A stretch of DNA of 64,000 nucleotides from Dimorphilus gyrociliatus (taxonomy: Eukaryota > Animalia > Annelida): NCBI GenBank assembly GCA_904063045.1, contig CAJFCJ010000010.1, forward strand, positions 1,302,001 to 1,366,000, written 5' to 3'. This document shows, in pieces, positions 46,001-58,235 of the stretch (position 1 is the stretch's first letter; each line of letters opens with the position of its first letter). Position numbers and translations under genes: made by a program. Below the pieces are notes generated by a model. That model searched no databases and was not told the DNA's origin. It saw only the letters and a list, made by a program, of their open reading frames with translations.

Positions 46001-47732
46001 CTTGTTCGTTAAAAATTTTTTCATCTATCAGTCAAAATTTACAAGATTTTCCGACCTTTTAAGCTATCAAAGCTAAAAATTACATTAGACTAAAGATTCA
46101 CCGCTTTCCTTTTGTGAAGTACTAAACTATATTATTTAAAAATTTCTTATCTCTTCTTCCTTAACTTGATAATCCTATGAATTAGGGAGATATCATAATA
46201 ATACTTGAATCAAAATATCACTTTTAAAATATGATATTTTGAATTTTACGTTGTTAATGACTAATTATCCATCTTTTAGAAGAAGATTATCCCTACTTAA
46301 TTAACAAAAAGTATTACATGTACAATAATTACAAATGAAAAGTATTATTTCATTCCAATTCGCAAAAAGCAATTTCTTTCCTCTAAACCTAGTAGCGGAA
46401 GGCCTACTTCAAACCTGTTTGTAATTTTTAGACAATTGACCCGCTATTGAATGACATAACGAGCTCTTATTTACTTACATTCTCTAAATTAACTGCTTAA
46501 AGTGCTTCCTTATTTTTATTCAACATTATATCGACAAGTATTTTGGAGGCAATACGAGAAAGAAAAAGGAAATAATATCATCACAACTACTTTCCTCAAC
46601 TCCAACAGCTGTAGTATCAAAATATCTGAAAAAGTATATGCACTGTATCTATGTAAGAATCTATTGGAGAATTACAGACTTATTGCATAACATATTCCCA
46701 CGATGATATAAAGTATAAAATCTGTTATGTTTGGCCTAGTTTTTCTTTTGTTCTTTTTTTATCTCTTCTTTGAGTAAAAACATTTTTCTGTCTTGCTTTC
46801 TTCAATAAACTTTCTTATTGAAACATCAAACTTTCATTTATTGATTTAACAATTGATTGAAAACTATACGACTACTAATCCGAAGAAAATTTCTTTTTCT
46901 GATGAAATCAACAACAGAAAATAGAGAATTAATTAATTCTATCAATATTTGCCAAATATCTACTAATTTAACTTATTAACCTAGTTCTTTTCCCATCTAT
47001 TTAGGGCCTGTTGGACAACTTATACTGACTACAGCAGTTTTTTAAGCTTTCAGGATTAAAGAATTTTCCGTATATACAGTATATAAAACTTTATATATAT
47101 ATCGTATATACATAAAATATATTAATTAGCTTTTGAGGCTTTTTTACAAGTTTAAAAGTGACTTGGAAAAGTGATTCTTATACGTATACTATATAATTTT
47201 GATGATATATTAACTATTTTCTATTTTCTATTCAATGGCAATACAGAATTGTTCATCATTTCAAATTATCCATTTATCATTCCAACCTAATCTTAATAAG
47301 ATAATTTATACAAAATATACATATAGAGAGGCATACAGCCGCTAGTATAAGCGTATACCCCATGTATATGATATAAATAAATGCACATATATATTTATAG
47401 AGATAAATATATATATAAATAGATACTTATATACTCTCATTTTGCAGATACATACTTACAATATATGACTATCTCTCTCTCTGTATATTCATATATTTAT
47501 TTATATAAGTATATGTCATATTGAAGTCAAATGTCTAAATAGGCTTCATGTACTGAATGTAAGAAGAGAGTGTGATATATGAAGTAAACAATTGGGATCA
47601 AATTTATTTTTGGACGTAACATAAAGAATAAGTTGATTAGATTTTTGTGTATATTTATTTACTTCTTAAATTTATTCTTTTATATAAAGAAACGTTGTTA
47701 CAAAAAGGATATAGAACTACAAATTGGAAACA

Positions 47733-50700
47733 ATGTTCCGATCGTCGACTATAGATAAAAGGAGAAAGCTATTGGGCGAAGATTTTGATGTAATAAATTA
47801 AAGTACTACGTAATTATTAATTAATTTTACTAAAAAGATCTCTATTCTTAATTAAAAAGGGTATATTAGATCCTGTCAAAGAAGATCAACTTTTCGAGTA
47901 TATTGACGAGAAAATAAATTGTGGAACAAGGTTGTTCTTATTGAGAGAATACTTTAATTAAAGCAACATAAATAGTAACTAAAGATGATAAACTCTTTAG
48001 CTCAGAAGATACAAAGGATATAGAAGATTGTCAGATGGAACTACCTTCTCCAATTTGTGGAAATTTCATATTTGGCAAAAAGAAGAGAAGTAAAGTAAAT
48101 AAATAGAACTATTTATTGTGCATAAAATATATAAAATACTCTAAAACAAGGGATACTTTTATCATAACTTGACTAAAAACCTAGTGCATAAAAAGGCTTT
48201 AACTATTCTTTTATAGTTTGTCAAAGTTGGTGGAAGTAATAAAGAAAATGAAGTCGAACCCCATATGTATAGTGTTTATGAGTTGATGATTTCTAAATGG
48301 AAATGTAAAAAACCTCACTTAGTCATTTCAATAACTGGAGACGCCACTGAAACTGATATAAGTACTCAGGGATCAAAATTCAAATACAAATGGGGACAAG
48401 AGCTAAGGTTTTTGGTGAATAAAACAAGTAAAATACTGTTTCTACTACAATTAACTATGAAACATTGGCTAATTGCGCAATCACGCACAATTTTTATAAC
48501 AATTAAAAAAATATATTGTAATTAATTGATTATATATTCTCATCTACGAATAGATTCCTGGGTAATTACTGCAGGAACCAATGCTGGGGTAATGAAAGAA
48601 ACAGGAGAATTAATAAGTATGCCCGATTACGTACTTAACACCAAGAACCCTTACGAAGCTGTTGTTATTGGAGTTGCTCCATGGTGGAGAATTCAGCATA
48701 GAGAATCAATAATTGAAGAAGCGAAACGAACTAATCCTAAAAAGATACCCTTAAAATACTATTATAATTTGAATAAGGCTGCAATGCCTAAAAGGTCTGG
48801 AAATCAATATTTCTTAGCATTTCATATTTTACCAAATGATCCATATTTCTTTGTCTACTTTCCTAGAACATTGTTAAATTCAAATCATTCACATTTCCTT
48901 TTGGTCGATGATCATAAAGGGAGTTGGGGATCCGAAGTTGATTTTAGAAACAGTTTTGAAGGTCATTTATCAACTGAAGGTAACAATCCGTTGTCCGTTT
49001 TACTTGTAAAAAAATGCGTAAAATCGTAATTTATTGTTTCCTAGAAAAAATTCCCGTTGTTTGCATTAGCATTGGAGGTGGGCCGGGAACGCTACAAACC
49101 CTTGCCGGGGCTATTACAAAGAAAATACCTATAATCTTAGTCAAATACTCTGGAAGAATAACTAAACTCTTTATTGATTTTATAGAAAAAAAACTTAAAC
49201 CATTCGATGTGAGATCTTTCAACATTTGTCTTTGAACTTAGTTCCATTAACCTTATTAAACCAACAGAATCGAGAGGAATTTCTCAATGCACTCAAAAAC
49301 CTTGTGAACGAGGACAGTAAAGCGTATAAATTCTTCACCGAAAAAGAAGAATACTGGCACCATTGGAAAATCTGCCAAGAAATGCTAAATACCGATGTAT
49401 TCCAAATCTACAATCCAAAAGCCTTAAATCATGTTCCACTTAAATCTTTAATAATGAGATCATTAAAGGGGGCCGCTATGTCAGATGGTAGATGGCGTTG
49501 TTTGTGATGTCTACTTCACCTTAATAATTTTAAATTTTTTTTCTTGTCTTTTACATAACTAAAGGTAAACTAACTGGAACTGAATGGAGGGCAATTTTAA
49601 AATTGGCAGTTGATTTAGATGAAGATAAGATAGGAATGGAAATGTTAGAAAAAACTAACTTACCGGTAGAAATCTCTTTTATACATTTCCTGACAAACTA
49701 CGTGGCTTGTTTTAATTCTATACAACTGAATTTCTAAACTAACAGGAAAATTTAGCTGAAAGTACATTACCAATTGAAGTTGCTTTAGATAAAAATAGAA
49801 TAGGCTTTTTGAAGGAGTTTATGAAACTTGGACTTGAATTACACACTGGAAATGCTTTAGATGATCATCTGGTATCTGGTCTAAATATGGCGCGATTATA
49901 TTCAAAAGTATTAGCATAGTATAAGATACTAAATAGAAAATATAAAGTTTATAATAATTTGCAGATAAGACAACCTCATCTAAAGAAAATATTCAAAATT
50001 GTAACTTTAATACATACATTTATATATATAAAATTACACTTGTATAATAGCCCTAATAATTAATAACAACAAATTTTACATGTCTAAAATAGAAGAAATT
50101 TGGAGAATTCGTTCCATGTTATAGGATTAGAAAATTCTATATAAAATGTCTTTCATTAAGAAATGCAGAATGTAAGAACTTTTTATTTAATTTATTTATT
50201 TATTTATTTATTTTATCTATTCCATTCCTCTAATAGTTACAACTTTTCTTCCCGGCTATGATTGTTGCGATAAATGTATCGAGCACGGCGAAGGGGGTGT
50301 ATCAAAACTGGGCAATAATGCAAAAAGAGAAGAGCAACTGGCAACTGTGGATGATATATTCGTTTGGGCAGTAGCTAATATAAAAACGGATGTGGCTTTA
50401 GCCCTTTTACCTAGAGCCGAATACCCTCTGGGCTGTATTCTATTCGCAATCTGTATTCTAAATGTTTTAAAAGTTGAAATTGGAGTTTTAAATGAATTGT
50501 ATGATAATGTTGAAGTTGCTATTGAAAAATTTGAGAAGCTCTCTGTATTATTCATAAATAGGTATAAGATATGTTGAGCTGCATTTCTGTACAATCTACT
50601 TATTACCTACAAAATCCGTCTTTTCAGTTATTTAATCGAATCAATTTAATGATAATATTTTATGACAGATGTGAGAATATTAATATTCACAATACTCAAC

Positions 50701-52554
50701 TACTATTAGTTCGATCTATACCGAAATTCGCTTACCAATCGCCTTTAATTTTGGCCAAGACTGCAGTGAATCAATCCTTCATTGTAACTGACGCTTGTAA
50801 ACAAGTTATTGAGGGAAGATGGAAAGGATTATTCAAGACTGACGTTCAGGGATTTCAAGTAAACTAATTAATTAAATCAGAGTACTTATCTCTACTTAAA
50901 ATTTATAAATAGATAACTAGCTTGATATTTACTGCACCCTTTGTTTTTCTATCTAAAAAATGGAGAGAGAATAATATTAAAACTATTAATGACGATCCAA
51001 TCCTAAATCTTAAAAAGAAGGTATCCTTCATATTAATTTCCCGAAGATATATTGTAATTTTATCTCTTTTACAATAGATTGAAGGCTATGATTTAAAAGA
51101 AGATAAAGTCTTTGGCTATAGGGAGAGTTTATTAGAGTTTATTAAAGATTGTCCTATAAATAGGATGATGTTAAATCTTGTTTGTTTGCATTTTCATTAT
51201 ATGAGTTTTATTCGAATTTTGCCAATATTTCAGCTAAATACGGTTGCCTTAATAGTAATATTTGTTTTTCAAATATTACAACCAAATCCTCCAGAAATTA
51301 TTTTTCATGTTCTATTTGCTTTCGTTTTAACTCTTGTAGTTCAGGAGATCTTGGAAGTAAGCATCACTCTATATACATAACTAATATTCATTCGTCTTAT
51401 CATTTAAATAGATAGCAAGAGAATTTAAAATGCAGAGTAGAAACCCTTTGAGTGAATATTTATTGGACGCGTGGAATCTTTTAGATATTACTGCAATTTT
51501 TACTTATATAATTGGCTATACTTTTCATCAATGTGGATTTAACGAAGGATGGTGTAGACTTTGTTTTGGTTTGAGCCTATCGGCTTTCATTTTGGGCTTA
51601 TTACAGTACTTAACAGTTCTTATAAGAGTTGGACACCAAATAATAACTATTGGTAAATTGGTAAGAATTGAACATTATCGATTGTAGTTATTAAGCTCAT
51701 TTTTTTAAATATTTTGTCATCAGCTGGGCGAACTAACAACTTTTCTGTTTATCCTGGCATTTTTCCATTTGGCTTATAGTTTCGGCTCATTTGCCATGCT
51801 TCGTCCTAGCGCAAGAGCTGATTCAAATACCGTAGAACTGCTCTTGATGCATCCCTATTTCCAAATGTTGGGTGCCATTGAAGTGGAAAATATTGATAAG
51901 AGCGATCAATCGAGAGAGTACTGTTACAAAAACGAGACTATGAATGCGCCAGAAGGCTGTGTTATTGAACAAGGAGAAAAAGCATTTCCCTATATTCTGG
52001 CAATATATGTTATTCTAACAAACATTCTACTATTAAATTTATTAATTGCTACGTTCACATACACTTTTGATAAGATACAAAGAACTCAAAAAGAAGTGTA
52101 CTACTATGGTAAATTTGTAACAGTAATGGATTATCAAAACAGAGGGGCCTGTCTTCTCGTATTTTCACTTTTTACGTTTCTCTATTATCTAATGTCAATC
52201 AAAGATAATGAATCTATATTTAGTAAGTATGCAATGAAAGTAAACATTTTTAATGTCTTTCTCTGTTTTAACAAAGATATTCGAATGAAATATAAACCTA
52301 AAAGATCAAGGGGCTTCTTTACATGGATCAGAAGTAGTCAAAATAGTGACGACGTTCATTTAGATACTCTTGCAAGTAGTGTTTATGGAAGAAGTCTCTC
52401 AGGATATTCAAATGGTCAAAATCAAATGACAATAGAAGAAAAACTACATATAGAAAAAGAAAACGAGATTAAACGTATAGATGAACAACTATCCTTATGG
52501 GAAGATGATGTACGAGATAAACTGTTTATAGAGAAAAACGGAGAGCTATCATAA
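47733..52554 (+). CDS. TRPM-like: Divergent TRPM-like cation channel without a C-terminal enzyme domain, about 1140 aa
   Basis: 20 exons: 47733-47789, 47860-47930, 48001-48094, 48217-48427, 48554-48794, 48867-48979, 49045-49208, 49268-49487, 49565-49665, 49746-49907, 49965-50000, 50093-50171, 50237-50561, 50669-50858, 50913-51020, 51078-51179, 51234-51356, 51412-51660, 51724-52222, 52277-52554. All GT-AG and phase-consistent, total 3423 nt. MHR/SLOG motifs KWKCKKPHLVISITG, SWVITAGTNAGVMK, LNSNHSHFLLVDD, IPVVCISIGGGPGTL; DIFVWAV; S3 DAWNLLD; pore PYFQMLG; S6 NILLLNLLIA. Exons 1-2 and 11-12 are the least certain. Confidence 0.88.
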
Positions 52555-53599
52555 ATTATATAAAATGCAGAAATAATATTAATATTTTAAGAAAAAGCCT
52601 ATTGTATTCACTTCATCTACCAGACACAATCATTTCCTACTTGATCTATGTGGTTAATAGGACGACAGTTTCTGTTTGATAAGCTATAATTGAGAAATTA
52701 AACAAGTCTCATGGATATAAAATCAGAAAAATAGTATGCTCCTAAATTACTTGTCTCCAATAAGGTATTCATCACTCTTCATTGTCAAATATAAACTCTT
52801 CAAAAGTACTTTTCCCTCTATCAAACATAACCTAAATAGGCTTTTCTGCTTACTTATATATACAGTAAACTGCTTTTATCCTTCTTTCTTTCTCTAATAG
52901 ATGGCACTAGAAATATTATTCTATATCTTCTTTTTATTTTAGTAAATATGACATAATTAAAAAAATAGGATAAAGTGTTAACAATACATTATTAGCAAGA
53001 AAAATGCCATATAAATTAATGTTGTTAGTTCTATGTTTTTAGAGAGAATAAAAATCAAGTATCTTTCAATGTTTATAAATATCAATTCCTACTTACACAG
53101 AATAGCAGAATACAATGAAATATAAATAAAACTAACAATTTGAATTACACATAACATGAAAAACAGATATTCGATAGATAGTTTTTTCATGCATAGACTA
53201 AAAGGTAAAGTATTAAAGACGGATTAAGAATTACTTAAAACATAAAGGATTATTTATTGTATATATTGAAAGAGACTTTATGGCGTAAAATCAACTTGAT
53301 AAATTACTTAAAAGTCAAATATTCTCCTTCAACTGTATTATTAATTTCCATTTAATTTTGCTGTTTGTCAAAGAATTTTAAAATGAATATTCTGGAATCG
53401 AGACTCAGTTGATAGTATAAAATCTATATATAAACTTAGGGTAAGTTAGATATTCACAAAAATAATGAAAGTGCAGTACTGCTAGTTCATCGGGATATAA
53501 TCTCTAATCCTTTCTTTTAAATACTAAAATGTTGGCATATTTCCTTAAGCGCAACATTAACAAAAGTAACAGATTAAATATGATAAAAAAAAATAAAAA

Positions 53600-53670
53600 A
53601 TGCGCAATCTAATCACAACTAGCTGCACATGACGCCCTCAGACAGAAGAAAAAGTAATTACACCGCATAG
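53600..53670 (+). other. Two overlapping short upstream ORFs just before the GPCR start
   Basis: uORF1 53600-53632 (MRNLITTSCT*) overlaps uORF2 53629-53670 (MTPSDRRKSNYTA*) through ATGA. uORF2 is in frame with ATG 53677 and ends 6 nt before it. Whether they are transcribed is unknown. Confidence 0.3.
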
Positions 53671-53676
53671 GACGTC

Positions 53677-55573
53677 ATGAACGCGTCCAACACAAGTGTA
53701 AATCTCTTAGAAGCACATTTGCAACTTACGAGATTTGCTGTACAAAAAGTTATCACTCCTGTTATCGCTTCTTCGGGGATTATACTCAATATATTAAACG
53801 TTCTCGTTCTATCAAGAAGGAATATGAGATCTTCATCTACGAATACTTACCTCTTTGCCTTAGCTATTTGCGATATCGGATATCTAAGTCTAGCTTTGAC
53901 CTTGACTTTAAGACATTATGATGACATAGTAAAGGGATCATTGCATTTTGAAAGGTACTATTTAGCTGCTAGAGTTATGGCCAATGTCTTTTCAAATGCT
54001 GCAGTGTGGCTAACTTTAACTTTTACTGTCGAACGTTACGTTTGCGTTTGTTTCCCAATGAGAGGCAAAGCAATATGTACACCGTATAGGGCCAGATCGA
54101 CCGTTTTAGTTGTTTGTTCAATAGCTACTTTACTAACCTTACCTCAAGCAGGAGAGAAAACAGTAATTGAAGATGGAGGAAATATCTCAATAGACTTTAC
54201 GTCGTTAGGAGATTTAGCATCTTACCAGTGGGGTTACGTTTATACTAATCAGGTATGTGATTCGGTGAAGAGATTTTTTTTCATGTATTATTCACAAATT
54301 AAAAAGGCGTTACTTTGTAAAGAAATGAAATAATGTTAAATTAAGTTTCTATTTTCTTAGCAAAGTGTCGAACTATCTTATTGCTTCCTATGACGGAAAT
54401 AATTAGTGTATTTTTCTTTTAATTACGAATTCTTTACCGAATCACCGGATTAGGCATTGTTCACCTTTATTCCAATGATATTGTTGACCATCTTTAATAG
54501 TTTACTGATAAGAACTGTTATGAAAGCTGCTAAGAAGAGGACTATTCTAAGAGCTGGCCAAAAGCCTAAAATATCGGAACAGCATCGGACGACTATTATG
54601 CTCATTAGTATCGTTATGGTATTTCTTATATGTCAAACTCCTCAGGCAACAACTAACATTGTGTGGGCCTATTTTAAGCTAACTAACAGTATTGATGATA
54701 GGCGCAAAAGGGTTATGCATATTGTGGGAAACATCTGTAATCTTTTGGTTATCATCAACGCTTCTATAAATTTTGCCCTATATTCTAGCTTAAGTGAAAG
54801 GGACGTGAATCTCCAACCGTAATTTAGTCAATATGTCACCTATTTTCCCTTTCTTCTTTTTTTATTCCAATTTACCGTATCGTTAGAATAATTTGTATAA
54901 AGAATTTCCAATTCGTTCAGGGATAAAAAAGGTCAATGGGAGTTCGACCTTGACTAAAACAGGGATAACTTTGTAATAGGTAAATCTTTGCTCTTTTTAA
55001 GCAAAAAGTAACTTTCTCTGCAAATATGAAATACTTTAATGATAAAAACTATAAGAGTTTGTGTCAATTGCCTTTTTCTTCTTTTCATATTAACTTTATC
55101 CCCTTTCTTTTACGTAAAAGTTCCTTTAAAATATTTTTCTTTGCAGTATAATTTTAAATAATAAGAGAATGAGGTAAATAGATACATTTCAACTTCATTA
55201 AACGCAATATTTAGATAGAAACATGTGATAGAATCAACAGCCAAAATTTCTCTGATATAGAAATTTAAAAAGAAAGAGGAATTTTTTCTAATCAATTATT
55301 ACTAAAAATAACTTATCAAATAGTTAATTAATTAACTTGGAAAATCTTCTTTAATGGATAAAAATCAACAGTAAAAAAAATAAGAACTTCCTCTATCTGA
55401 TTATCTACAAAAAATAGAGGAGTTCTTATAGCTTAACGATTGTTGATTCACGTCCTAGCTTCCGGAAGACAATTGGAGCAATTTTTTGGTGCCCTGAAGA
55501 AAATCGACTCCCCAGGAACTATCGGTCTCAGTTTGAATTAGTTGTATCCAATACAACTGCTTTAGCAGTTTAA
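53677..55573 (+). CDS. Class A peptide GPCR (FMRFamide / sex-peptide / proctolin-receptor-like group), about 345 aa
   Basis: Exons 53677-54252, 54454-54800 and probably 55459-55573. Motifs: N-terminal sequons NAS/NTS; TM1 G..LN..VL; SSTNTYLFALAICD; TM3 WLTLTFTVERY; TM6 FLICQTPQA; TM7 NASINFALY. The last exon supplies helix 8 (SFRKTIGAIFWC) but needs a GG donor at 54801. The seven-TM core is secure; the C-terminus is not. Confidence 0.88.
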
Positions 55574-56116
55574 GAACTCTGATTTTGTTAAGAAGAATTT
55601 CAATAATTAATTATAGCATAGGAAAGGGATCATTAAAATAATTTCGTTTATCCTAATCTTAATCTTTTGCTAATCATTTCAACTATACTTTGAATGAAAA
55701 AAGGAAATAGAAGAAACATAATAATAAGCATTTCTCGTTTAATAGAGGATAAATATCATATACTTATTGAAAATCTTTAAGACAAAAACAAAAGGAAGAG
55801 AAAATTAGAGAGGACTAAAGACACTTTTGGAAATTTTAACAATTGTTATAAAACGCGAGACGGAGAGAAAACATCGCGAAACAAGTAGCATATTAATATA
55901 TTAATAAAATGGTTTTATATATGTATATGAATGTAATTTTTTTTGTTCTAATATTAGAAGAAATAAATAAAATGGCATCGTTATTAGTTTGGCTATAGAG
56001 TGAAAGAGAAAGAAGCGAAGTGTGGAAGAGAGTACATATATACTGAATATATATAGATATATATATAGATATATATGTTTATCTAAGTCAGAATAGGAGT
56101 AGTGAGCGAACGAGTG

Positions 56117-56142
<26 letters not shown>
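56117..56142. repeat. (GA)n microsatellite
   Basis: Perfect GA run, directly visible. Confidence 0.9.
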
Positions 56143-56151
<9 letters not shown>

Positions 56152-58158
56152 GGGGTAGAGTAAATGAGCTAAAGAAAAAGGGTTAGAGACAAAATTATAG
56201 AGTAAAGAGAGAATATTAAAAAAATATTTTCTTTATATGATATACCACATTTCGATAATATCTATATATATATATATATATGCATAGTCATGATTAATTG
56301 AAAGTAAATAAAACTAAAAGAAAAACGTTATTAAATTTTTATATTATTAATTTGCTTAAAATTTAAAATTAATAACTCTTACTTTACCGAATAAGGCCAA
56401 TAATGTTTACCTCAAGGTATGCTTTTTCTTAAATTAGTTATTTGAAAATTTGGGTTTGTCTTACATTTAGATGAAGAATTAGCTGTATAGGAAGCTTATA
56501 CTATTAATAAATTTAGTTTTGTAGTTTTCTTGATTTTATAGTTTTTTCAGGAAGTTGATTTGTCATTTTGTTAACATATACATAAACGTATATTTATATA
56601 TATAGTTCGCCAAAACACAAGGACAAAGGAAAGGAAAAACAATTTTTGGCTAAAAAGAAAATTTACTTTACAGTTTCTTCAAATTAGAAAGTCGAAACGA
56701 ATGGTTAGATAACGTGAGGAATTGTTTATAAATATACGAAAATAATTCTTCACATTGTTTAAAGGGGAGAAAGTATCTTTTAAAAAAATCTAATATGTTA
56801 TATAAAAATTTTACTTTTTCTCTTTTCTTATAGAGATTAACTCTTTAACTCCTTATTTCTTTTATAATAATAGCAATTATAATTTAGTAAAATCTTTTCT
56901 AGGAAGTATGTTTCATAATTATTAGTTAGCATTATGATAAGATTATAATGATTTTCTAAACCTTTCTAAACATAATTTTTTTATCTACTCGGATAACCAA
57001 TTTAAATCAGTGTGTTTTGAATTCAATCGTGTCATTTAGTTTACAATAAAAAGAAAGGTTATCAAACAAGTATTATTGATATTTTAATAACTTGATATAC
57101 ATAATTCATATACATAGTACTCATATAGATTACAAGGAGTATATAATGAATATAGCATATAAGAATAATAAATTTTTATAAAGATAGATTGCAACGAGCA
57201 GTATAATACTTTGAATATAAGAAATTAATAAAAGGTTGAATTTAGAATTAATGAATCTCGTTTTTTAAAAAATTGATTACCTCTTTTATTCTTTATCTCT
57301 CCACTTTATTTAGCATTCTAGTTATTTTTTTTACTTTAAGTCTTATTAGAATGCTAATCTTTATTCTCTTCCTATGTCTTTGAGAACTTTTCATCTGAAT
57401 ATAAAGATATTTCTCATGACTTTTACACTTTCATATTTGAAAGAGTGAAAAAAAACAAGAAATACTGTTATTTTTAGAAAGTTACCCATGCTGCTCTATA
57501 CGTCTTACTTAAAAGAGTTTAAATAGTATACAACATAAAAACGTTCTTTATGTGTAAACTTAGGACACAAGAAAGACAGACAGGGAAAATGTTCGTTGCT
57601 CTTTGCTAATTTTTGCTTTTAGTGGACGTTTAGAATAGTCGATCTCTTCTGGCAGTTAAATCCATCTTTCTCTTTTATTCTTTCTTTTTAACTGTTTTTA
57701 TAGTAAAACTGGTAAAAGAAATATCACGATGACATCTGACTGAAAATCCATAAAATAATCGTATGGAAAAATTCATGGTACAATGGTATTTTATAAGTTT
57801 TTCGATCTCGACTCCTTTTCTTCCTTTTACTCTTAACCTCTTTTTTCGTAAAATTTCTTATTCTACCCGCGCTTACCATCCTACTTTTCCCTCACTTCAC
57901 TTTTTCTCTCTATCTCTCTTATTTTTTCTTCTTTTCTCTGGCTTTTACAGCTGGGCCATTAGACAGTTTTCTTTTCTTTAGCCACGCACTTTATCAGCTC
58001 TCTTAATAGCCTATCTGTAAGAAACTTATGTAAAAATCTTACAATATAAATTGAATACTGCTGGACAGGCATTGTTTTATCCGAAAATAAAGTTTGTAGC
58101 AACTCTCCCTAATTGAAGCTAAAGGCATGAATATCATTTTTAGCACAAGTACACAGAT

Positions 58159-58181
58159 ACACACACCCACACACACACACA

Positions 58182-58232
<51 letters not shown>
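58159..58232. repeat. Compound (CA)n-(CT)n microsatellite
   Basis: CA run followed by a CT run of more than 20 units, directly visible. Confidence 0.92.

Positions 58233-58235
<3 letters not shown>

Noticed and set aside
46530-46690. Faint hAT dimerisation-like reading YFPQLQQL...SICTVSM
   Set aside because: Too degenerate, with several stops; not distinguishable from chance.
52900-52920. ATGGCACTAGAAATATT resembling miR-183/263 family sequence
   Set aside because: No complementary arm, so no precursor hairpin.
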